Assembly (NCBI RefSeq): GCF_030028105.1
Contig: NC_092376.1
Location: forward strand, 180,024,080-180,088,079
Direction: 5' to 3'
Origin: Mobula birostris
Lineage: Eukaryota
Length of the DNA stretch: 64,000 nt
Shown here piece after piece: positions 52,677-63,389 of this stretch. The translations under genes and the position numbers were made by a program. The first letter of the stretch is position 1; each line of letters starts with the position of its first letter. The notes under the pieces are model-generated. The model saw nothing but the letters and a program-made list of their open reading frames with translations. It made no database searches and was not told where the DNA came from.

Positions 52677-55118
52677 ATGGAATTTTATAAATTATATTTG
52701 CTAAGGAAATGGAAACTTTTATATTTCATTATCACTTCCTGGCAAGTAATTTCTGGACAAATACGTTATTCGATTCCTGAAGAATTGAATGCCGGTGCCT
52801 TTGTAGGGAACATTGCAGAGGACCTGAATTTGAATATAAAGGAATTTTCGGCTCGCGGCTTTCAAATTATGCCTGGACCTAGCAAGCAGTATATTGATGT
52901 AAATATAGACAATGGGGTTTTATTTGTGAGGGAAAAAATCGACAGGGAACAGTTATGTGAACGGAGCCTCGCATGTACGTTATCAGTGGAAGCGGTGATA
53001 CAGAATCCTGTAAATGTGTATCATTTTCACGTGGATGTTTTGGACGTAAATGACAATGCCCCGAGATTTCCAGACAGCCGCTTTATTTTGGAAATATCAG
53101 AGGTCGCTGCTCCTGGAACCCACTTCGCTCTGGAGTGCGCACAAGACCCGGACGTTGGAACCAACTCTGTACAAAGCTACCAGTTACTAGAAAATCTTTA
53201 TTTCTCTCTCGATGTTGAGAAGGGCGTTGGCGGCGAAAAACTACCGGTTTTAGTGTTGGAAAGACAGCTGGACAGAGAAAAGGAAACTACCCACAGGGTG
53301 GTGTTGATAGCTAAGGATGGAGGGTTTCCTGAGAGATCTGGCACTGCTGAGATATTGATCATTGTTGAGGATGCCAATGACAACGCGCCTGTTTTCCCTC
53401 AATCTGTCTACAGGGTCAGTTTGCCAGAGAATGCACCCAAAGCAACATTAGTGATTAAATTAGATGCCGCCGATTTGGATGCTGGAGTCAATGGGCAGAT
53501 AGTGTATTCGTTTAGCAGTCACACTTCAAATACAGTTCGTGAAATGTTTGGGCTGGATTCCAAATCTGGCGAAATCAGAATTAAGAATAATTTGGACTAC
53601 GAGGAAAACAGTGTTTTTGAGATAAATGTCCAAGCAAAAGATATGGGTCCTAACGCAACTCCTGTGTATTGTCAGGTGGTGGTTGACATTGTTGATATGA
53701 ACGACAACGCTCCTGTGATTACACTGACATCTTCCTTCAGTCCAATCCGCGAAGATTCACCCCCGGGAACTGTAGTGGCTCTCATCAGTTCAACAGACAA
53801 GGATTCAGCTGAGAACGGGGACCTGGATTGTGAAATCACAAAGGAACTTCCGTTCAAACTAGAGTCATCCTCACGTAACTATTACAGACTGGTTATCTGG
53901 GAGACACTGGATCGTGAACATGTATCAGCCTACAATGTAACTGTCGTGTGCACCGACGCTGGGGTTCCCCCTCTCACATCCAACAAAACGATCCCGGTGG
54001 AGATCTCGGATATAAATGATAACCCACCCCAGTTTACACAGCCTGTATATACAGCTTATGTAATGGAGAATAACGCCATAGGTGCCTCCATTTTCACTGT
54101 GACTGCTTTCGATCAAGATTCAAATAGGAACGCCGATGTGTCATACTTTATTTTGGAGAGTCAGATTCAGGGCATGTCAGTGGCCGCATATGTCTCCATT
54201 AACTCACACAGCGGGGTCATATTTTCGCAGAGAAGTTTCGACTTCGAGAATCTCAAAAACTTTCAGCTCCTGGTTCAGGCGCGGGATTCCGGATCCCCAC
54301 CACTTTCTGGAAATGCCTCAGTGGATGTAATTATCTTGGATCAGAACGACAATGCCCCCGTGATCTTGCAACCACTACCCGAATTCGGCTCCACTGTGTC
54401 AGAGACCATATCCAGGCTCGCAGAACCAGGTTACCTGGTTACGAAGGTTTCTGCTACCGACGGTGACTCTGGCCAGAATGCTCGCCTTACCTACCAGATT
54501 CTTCAAGCTACTGAGGTCAGTCTATTTACCATTTCACCGGACACGGGAGAGATCTGGACAATACGCAGTATTAGTAAGAATGACGCTGTCAAACAAAGAT
54601 TGGTCATCTGCGTTAACGACGATGGATCACCGTCACTGACAGCCACCGTGACAATCATTTTGTCTTTAGTTGCAAATGATAGACAAGTGCTGTCAGAACT
54701 GAACGGTTTGTCTGCGGATCCCGGGTTTGCTTCTGATACCAGCTTTTACCTCGTAATCGCTTTAGGGGTCACCTCCTCCGTGTTCCTGGTGATTTTGATT
54801 ATTCTCGCCGTTAGGGTTCACAGATCCTCTTCTCTTGGCGCATGTGGTTGTCTTACAGTAAGAAACTCGTTACATGGATTTCAAAGAGGCAATAGAACCC
54901 TCCAGATACCACCGAACTACGTTGAGGTGTTTGGGGGTGATCCACTTTCTCAGAGTTTCCGCTATGATTCATGCTCAAGTTCACGTTCTGTGAAGAGGGA
55001 TTTCAGGTTGTCCAGCAGCGCATCTACGCGAAAGGATTTTACTCCGAGTGGCGTTCTGAGAAATGGTGATACTTTACAAACCGCCAAGTCTGCGCAGTGC
55101 AGGAATACTGTAAATGAG
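52677..55118 (+). CDS. Clustered protocadherin variable exon V9
   Basis: ATG at 52677; 814 codons; donor GAG|GTGAGG. Confidence 0.95.
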
Positions 55119-55846
55119 GTGAGGTTGTTATTCGCTGGTGAGAACAACACCTCATGGGTCTCGATTGGATGTACAAATCTTTACCGAAAATATTCAGATC
55201 ATGGAGACTGGATTTAAGAAATATGTATGAATCAGTCATATTAGATTACAGTGTTATCTGAATTTCCAGTCGCTATTTCTGGACCAGTACTTCTGCTTAT
55301 CAATCATTTGCCTTTTGGTGCGATGAGAGTATTTTGGCATTTTATTGCAGATGGGAGTTAGAAAATGTTACCTTTGAAGATGTACCGATGAATCACAACA
55401 ATAGTCCTGGATGTATTACCAGCTATATTTTCGTGTAAGAACAGAGGAAATCCAGCTACTTCTCTAGGGCAGGAGAAGTTAAACGAAATTAGCATCATTG
55501 ATGCACCCAATGCACTGGTGTCGTGAGTTTTGGTATTGGATTGATATCTCTAATGAGAAATGGTGAAATATCTCAAACAACTCAAATCAATAGTCAGTTG
55601 CTTATATATTGTCATAATATATGTATATGACATTATATTGTTATATAATAGGGATTAGGTATTTCAAATAAGCAAAATAAGTGCCAGTGATCTGTTTTGA
55701 AAGTATGAAGTCATGGACACCAATTGTTAGATGCTTCCAAATTTGCATAAGATAGTTTCTTTCAATCAGTTGACAAGTGCTAACTCTTAGAAAATCTACC
55801 AAAATTTAGCAGTGGAAAGGACATTTCCTAACCAACACAGAAAATT

Positions 55847-55949
55847 AACCTAGAAGTGGACATGCTACAGCCGTAGAAGACCACGAACATAAACTCAGTG
55901 GCCACTTTATTAGGTATAGGAGGAACCTAATAAAGCAGCCGTTGGGTGT
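55847..55949 (+). mobile_element. Tc1-like 3' remnant carried in the duplicated unit
   Basis: CTCAGTGGCCACTTTATTAGGTAT...CCTAATAAAGCAGCC. Confidence 0.7.
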
Positions 55950-56433
55950 CTAAGCACATCTAATTCCCTTTAAAATTCGTCCTTTCAAAGGCCGTAGTGT
56001 GGGGTACCATCGCAGCTGTAAACGTTACTTTCCTCTTGATTCGCTACCTTTTGAAGTTTATTCAAAATTCCTCCACCAGCCCCCACCTTTAATCAAGAGC
56101 GTATTGAAATTGTCAATTCATTGTTTTTTTTTTCTTTTCACCGCAACAATTTTATATTCACATCCTGCTGTAATGCCCAAAGTACTATGAGGTCATATTC
56201 AAGTTATTTCAGAATGTTAAATGTTAAATATAGAATGATAAGTACGACTGGCTTTGCGAACAGAACTGTTTAAGATTCAGTAAAATATTACTCTTGATTT
56301 CGACTGAATTGCAAATGAACTAAGTGTAAAATGCACAAAAACTGTAATATTGCTGTAAAACAATCTAGAATTGCGAAATTAACTGAGAGTTAGATTTTAT
56401 ATTGTACAACTTAAAATATAGACAATTGCGCCA

Positions 56434-56547
56434 GCTTTAAGAAATGCCTAGTGTGGTGATTGGCTGAATTTATGTCAGCCTCTTTAGCCAATGAGAGGCT
56501 GTAATGTGACTGGAGATCCTTGATGCCCTACCCTCCCCTTCCGCCAT
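56434..56547 (+). promoter_or_regulatory. Conserved promoter module of V10
   Basis: GCTTTAAGAAA 56434; ATTGG 56459; CCAAT 56488; TGTGACTGGAGATCC 56505; CCGCCAT 56541. Confidence 0.8.
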
Positions 56548-56803
56548 GATATACGAGTAGGTACCGTGTATCATGGATAGAGCTGCTCGTCCTTACATTC
56601 GGTTCTTTACAATCATCTGTTGGCGAAATTAGAAGAAATAAGAAGGTTTGTCGAAAATCCTAAAGCAGACTTTTTAAGCAGTACGAAAGGTTTTGTACAA
56701 TTCAGCTGTATTGTTAAAATTGAGCCATGATTTACTCATTGTAGTCGGAATTATTCAACGGCGCTGCGTTGTTCTCAGTCGTTTGAAATGCTTTGTGCTG
56801 GAA

Positions 56804-59245
56804 ATGGAATTTTATAAATTATATTGGCTGATGAAATGGAAACTTTTATATTGTTTTATCCCTTCCTGGCAAGTAATTTCTGGACAGATACGTTATTCGA
56901 TTCCTGAAGAATTGAATGTCGGCGCCTTTGTTGGGAATATCGCAGAGGACCTAAATTTGGATATCAAAGAACTTTCATCTCGCGGCTTTCAAATTGTGAC
57001 AGGACCTAGTAAGCAGTATATTGATGTAAATTTAGACAGCGGGGTTTTAGTTGTGAAGGAAAAAATGGACAGGGAACTGTTGTGCGAGCAGAAACTCGCC
57101 TGCACGTTATCTCTGGAAACGGTGGTTCAAAATCCTCTAAATATCTATCATATTCAAGTGGACATTCTGGACGTAAATGATAATGCCCCGCGTTTTCCTG
57201 AGAGTCGCATTAGGTTGGAAATATCGGAGGTGGCTGCCCCAGCAACGCGCTTCGCTCTGGAGTGCGCACAGGACCCGGACGTTGGATCCAACTCGGTACA
57301 AAGCTACCAGCTCGTGGAGAACGGCTACTTCTCTCTCGATGTTGAGACGCGGGGTGGCAGCGAAAAATTACCGGTTTTAGTCTTGGAAAGACAGCTGGAC
57401 AGAGAAAAGGAAAGTAACCACAGGTTGGTGTTGATAGCTGCGGATGGAGGGGTTCCTGAGAGATCTGGCACTGCTGAAATATTGATCGTTGTTGAGGATG
57501 CCAATGACAACGCGCCTGTTTTCCCGCAACCTGTCTACAGGGTCAGTTTGCCAGAGAATGCACCCAAAGGAACATTAGTGATTAAATTAGATGCCGCTGA
57601 TTTAGATACTGGAGTCAATGGGCAAATAGTGTATTCGTTTAGTAGTCATACTTCAAATAGTGTTCGTGAAATGTTTTGGCTGGATTCCAAATCTGGCGAA
57701 ATCAGAATTAAGAATAATTTGGACTACGAGGAAAATAGTGTTTTTGAGATAAATGTCCAAGCAAAAGATATGGGTCCTTACGCAACTCCTGTATACTGTC
57801 ACGTGGTGGTCAAAATTGCTGATGTGAACGACAACGCTCCTATGATTACACTGACATCTTTATTCAGTCCAATCCGCGAAGATTCCTCACCGGGGACTGT
57901 GGTGGCTCTGATCAGTTCAACGGACAAGGATTCAACTAAAAACGGGGATTTGGATTGCGAAATCCCAAAAGGTCTTCCATTTAAACTAGTTTCAACTTTA
58001 CAAAAATATTATAAACTGGTTATCTGGGAGACACTGGATCGTGAACATGTATCAGCCTACAATGTTACTGTCGTGTGCACCGACGCTGGGGTTCCCCCTC
58101 TCACATCCAACAAAACGATCCCGGTGGAGGTCTCGGATATAAATGATAACCCACCCCGGTTTACACAGCCTGTATATACAGCTTATGTAATGGAGAATAA
58201 CGCCATAGGTGCATCCATTTTCACTGTGACTGCTTTCGATCAAGATTCAAATAGGAACGCCGATGTGTCATACTTTATTTTGGAGAGTCAGATTCAGGGC
58301 ATGTCAGTGGCCGCATATGTCTCCATTAACTCACACAGCGGGGTCATATTTTCGCAGAGAAGTTTCGACTTCGAGAATCTCAAAAACTTTCAGATCCTGG
58401 TTCAGGCGCGGGATTCCGGATCCCCACCACTTTCTGGAAATGCCTCAGTGGATGTAATTATCTTGGATCAGAATGACAATGCCCCTGTGATCGTGCAACC
58501 ACTACCCGAATTCGGCTCCACTGTGTCAGAGACCATATCCAGGCTCGCAGAACCAGGTTACCTGGTTACGAAGGTTTCTGCTACCGACGGTGACTCTGGC
58601 CAGAATGCTCGCCTTACCTACCAGATTCTTCAAGCTACTGAGGTCGGTCTCTTTACCATTTCACCGGACACGGGAGAAATCTGGACAATACGCGGTATTA
58701 GTAAGAATGACGCCGCCAAGCAAAGGTTGGTCATCTGCGTTAAGGACGATGGATCACCGCCACTGACAGCCACCGTGACAATCATTTTGTCTTTAGTTGG
58801 AAATGATAGAAAAGTGCTGTCGGAACGGAATAGTTTGTCTGAGAATCCAGGGTTTGCTTCTGATACCAGCTTTTACCTCGTAATCGCTTTAGGGATCACC
58901 TCCTCCGTGTTCCTGGTGATTTTGATTATTCTCGCCGTTAAGGTTCATAGATCCTCTTCTCTTGGCGCATGTGGTTGTCTTACAGTAAGAAACTCGTTAC
59001 ATGGATTTCAAAGAGGCAATAGAACCCTCCAGATACCACCAAACTACGTTGAGGTGTTTGGGGGTGATCCACTTTCTCAGAGTTTCCGCTATGATTCATG
59101 CTCAAATTCACGTTCTGTGAAGAGGGATTTCAGGTTGTCCAGCAGCGCATTTACGCGAAAGGATTTTACTCCGAGTGGCGTTCTGGGAAATGGCGATACT
59201 TTACAAACCGCCAAGTCTGCGCAGTGCAGGAATACTGTAAATGAG
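56804..59245 (+). CDS. Clustered protocadherin variable exon V10
   Basis: ATG at 56804; 814 codons; donor GAG|GTGAGG. Confidence 0.95.
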
Positions 59246-59981
59246 GTGAGGTTGTTATTCGCTGGCGAGAACAACACCTCATGGGTCTTGATTGGATGTA
59301 CAAATCTTTACTGAAGATATTTAGATCGTGGAGACTGGATTTAGGAAATATGTATGAATCAGTCATATTAGATTACAGTGTTATCTGAATTTCCAGTCGC
59401 TATTTCTGGACCAGTACTTACGCTAATCAATCATTTGCCTTTTGATGTGATGAGAGTGTTTTAGCATTTTGTTGCATATGGGAGTTAGAAAATGTTACCG
59501 TTGAAGATGTAACGATGAATCACAACAATAGTCCTGGATTTATTACCAGCTATATTTTCGTGTAAGAAAACAGGAAATCCAGGTACTTCGCTAGGGCAGG
59601 GGAAGTTAAATCAAATTAGTATTATTGATCCACCCAATGCACTGGTGTCGTGAGTTCTGGTATTGGATTGATATCGCTAATGAGAAATTGTGAAATACCT
59701 TGTTTTGCTCAAATAACAAATCAATAGTCATTTGTTTATATAATGTCATAATATATGTATATGACATTATAATGTTATATAATAGGGATTAGGCATTTAA
59801 AATAAGCAAAATAAGTGCCAGTGATCTGTTTTGCAAGTATGAAATCCTGGACACCAATTGTTAGATGCTTCCAAATTTGCATAAAAATAGTCTCTTTCAA
59901 TGGGTTGACCAGTACTAACTCTTAGAAAATCTACCAAAATTTAGCAGTGGAAAGGACATTTCCTAGCCAACACAGAAAATT

Positions 59982-60084
59982 AACCTTGAAGTGGACGTGC
60001 TATAGCAGTGGAAGACCACGAACATACACTCAGTGGCCACTTTATTAGGTACAGGAGGAACCTAATAAAGTAGCCGCTGTGTGT
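59982..60084 (+). mobile_element. Tc1-like 3' remnant carried in the duplicated unit
   Basis: CACTCAGTGGCCACTTTATTAGGTAC...CCTAATAAAGTAGCC. Confidence 0.7.
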
Positions 60085-60573
60085 CTAAGCACATCTAATT
60101 CCCTTTAAAATTCGTCCTTTCAAAGACCATAGTGTGGGGTACCATCCCAGGTGTAAACGTTACTTTCCTCTTGATTCGCTACCTTTTGAAGATTATTCAT
60201 TATTCCTCCACCCACCCACCCCACCTTTAATCGACAGAGTATTGAAATTGTCAATTCATTGTTTTTTTTCTTTACACCGCAACAATTTTATATTCACATC
60301 CTGCTATAATGCCCAAAGTACTATGAAGTCATATTCAAGTTATTTCAGAATGTTATATGTTAAATATACAGAACGATTAGTACGACTAGCTTTGGCGAAC
60401 TAAACTGTTTAAGATTCAGTAAAATATAACTCTTGATTTCGACTGAATTGCAAATGAATTAAGTGTAAAGTGTACTGTAAACTGTAATATTGCTGTAAAA
60501 CAATCTAGAATAGTGAAATTAACTGAGAGTTAGATTTTATATTGTACAACTTAAAATATAGACAATTGCGCCA

Positions 60574-60687
60574 GCTTTAAGAAATGCCTAGTGTGGTGAT
60601 TGGCTGAATTTATGTCAGCCTCTTTAGCCAATGAGAGGCTGTAATGTGACTGGAGATCCTTGATGCCCTACCCTCCCCTTCCGCCAT
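60574..60687 (+). promoter_or_regulatory. Conserved promoter module of V11
   Basis: Identical to the V10 module at offset +4140. Confidence 0.8.
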
Positions 60688-60947
60688 GATATACGAGTAG
60701 GTACCGTGTATCATGGATAGAGCTGCTCGTCCTTCCTTACATTCGGTTCTTTACAATCATCTGTTGGCGAAATTAGAAGAAATAAGAAGGTTTGTCGAAA
60801 ATCCTAAAGCAGACTTTTTAAGCAGTACGAGAGGTTTTGTACAATTCAGCTGTATTGTTAAAATTGAGCCATGATTTACTCATTGTAATCGGAATTATTC
60901 AACGGCGCTGCGTTGTTCTCAGTCGTTTGAAATGCTTTGTGCTGGAA

Positions 60948-63389
60948 ATGGAATTTTATAAATTATATTGGCTGATGAAATGGAAACTTTTATATTGTTT
61001 TATCCCTTCCTGGCAAGTAATTTCTGGACAGATACGTTATTCGATTCCTGAAGAATTGAATGTCGGCGCCTTTGTTGGGAATATCGCAGAGGACCTAAAT
61101 TTGGATATCAAAGAACTTTCATCTCGCGGCTTTCAAATTGTGACAGGACCTAGTAAGCAGTATATTGATGTAAATTTAGACAGCGGGGTTTTAGTTGTGA
61201 AGGAAAAAATGGACAGGGAACTGTTGTGCGAGCAGAAACTCGCCTGCACGTTATCTCTGGAAACGGTGGTTCAAAATCCTCTAAATATCTATCATATTCA
61301 AGTGGACATTCTGGACGTAAATGATAATGCTCCGCGTTTTCCTGAGAGTCGCATTAGGTTGGAAATATCGGAGGTGGCTGCCCCAGCAACGCGCTTCGCT
61401 CTGGAGTGCGCACAGGACCCGGACGTTGGATCCAACTCGGTACAAAGCTACCAGCTCGTGGAGAACGGCTACTTCTCTCTCGATGTTGAGACGCGGGGTG
61501 GCAGCGAAAAATTACCGGTTTTAGTCTTGGAAAGACAGCTGGACAGAGAAAAGGAAAGTAACCACAGGTTGGTGTTGATAGCTGCGGATGGAGGGGTTCC
61601 TGAGAGATCTGGCACTGCTGAAATATTGATCGTTGTTGAGGATGCCAATGACAACGCGCCTGTTTTCCCGCAACCTGTCTACAGGGTCAGTTTGCCAGAG
61701 AATGCACCCAAAGGAACATTAGTGATTAAATTAGATGCCGCTGATTTGGATGCTGGAGTCAATGGACAGATAGTGTATTCGTTTAGCAGTCACACTTCAA
61801 ATACAGTTCGTGAAATGTTTGGGCTGAATTCCAAAACTGGCGAAATCAGAATTAAGAATAATTTGGACTACGAGGAAAATAGTGTTTTTGAGATAAATGT
61901 CCAAGCAAAAGATATGGGTCCTAATGCAACCCCTGTATACTGTCATGTGGCGGTTAACATTGTTGATGTGAATGACAACGCTCCTGTGATTACACTGACA
62001 TCTTTATTCAGTCCTATCAGCGAAGATTCCCTCCCGGGAGCTGTGGTGGCTCTGATTAGTTCAACTGACAAAGATTCAGCTAAAAACGGGGATTTGGATT
62101 GCGAAATCCCAAAAGGTCTTCCATTTAAACTAGTTTCAACTTTACAAAAATATTATAAACTGGTTATCTGGGAGACACTGGATCGTGAACATGTATCAGC
62201 CTACAATGTTACTGTCGTATGCACCGACGCTGGGGTTCCCCCTCTGACATCCAACAAAACGATCCCGGTGGAGGTCTCGGATATAAATGATAACCCACCC
62301 CGGTTTACACAGCCTGTATATACAGCTTATGTAATGGAGAATAACGCCATAGGTGCATCCATTTTCACTGTGACTGCTTTCGATCAAGATTCAAATAGGA
62401 ACGCCGATGTGTCATACTTTATTTTGGAGAGTCAGATTCAGGGCATGTCAGTGGCCGCATATGTCTCCATTAACTCACACAGCGGGGTCATATTTTCGCA
62501 GAGAAGTTTCGACTTCGAGAATCTCAAAAACTTTCAGATCCTGGTTCAGGCGCAGGATTCCGGATCCCCACCACTTTCTGGAAGTGCCTCAGTGGATGTA
62601 ATTATCTTGGATCAGAATGACAATGCCCCTGTGATCGTGCAACCACTACCCGAATTCGGCTCCACTGTGTCAGAGACCATATCCAGGCTCGCAGAACCAG
62701 GTTACCTGGTTACGAAGGTTTCTGCTACCGACGGTGACTCTGGCCAGAATGCTCGCCTTACCTACCAGATTCTCCAAGCTACTGAGGTCGGTCTATTTAC
62801 CATTTCACCGGACACGGGAGAGATCTGGACAATACGCAGTATTAGTAAGAATGACGCCGCTAAGCAAAGGTTGGTCATCTGTGTTAAGGACGATGGATCA
62901 CCGCCACTGACGGCCACCGTGACAATCATTTTGTCTTTAGTTGGAAATGATAGACAAGTGCTGTCGGAACGGAATAGTTTGTCTGAGGATCCAGGGTTTG
63001 ATTTTGATACCAGCTTTTACCTCGTAATCGCTTTAGGGGTCACCTCCTCCGTGTTCCTGGTGATTTTGATTATCCTCGCCGTTAAGGTTCATAGATCCTC
63101 TTCTCTTGGCGCATGTGGTTGTCTTACAGTAAGAAACTCGTTACATGGATTTCAAAGAGGCAATAGAACCCTCCAGATACCACCGAACTACGTTGAGGTG
63201 TTTGGGGGTGATCCACTTTCTCAGAGTTTCCGCTATGATTCATGCTCAAGTTCACGTTCTGTGAAGAGGGATTTCAGGTTGTCCAGCAGCGCATCTACGC
63301 GAAAGGATTTTACTCCGAGTGGCGTTCTGGGAAATGGTGATACTTTACAAACCGCCAAGTCTGCGCAGTGCAGGAATACTGTAAATGAG
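60948..63389 (+). CDS. Clustered protocadherin variable exon V11
   Basis: ATG at 60948; 814 codons; donor GAG|GTGAGG. Confidence 0.95.

Larger units (their letters stand above)
55119..63389 (+). repeat. Tandem duplication of about 4.14 kb (spacer + promoter + exon; V10 and V11 units)
   Basis: 55119-59245 aligns collinearly with 59246-63389. More diverged copies of the spacer lie at 51089-52676 and from 63390. Confidence 0.9.

Noticed and set aside
55119-63389. V10/V11 as an assembly or haplotype duplication artefact
   Set aside because: The spacers differ by many substitutions and indels, EC3 is clearly distinct and the downstream flanks differ. Not fully excluded without reads.
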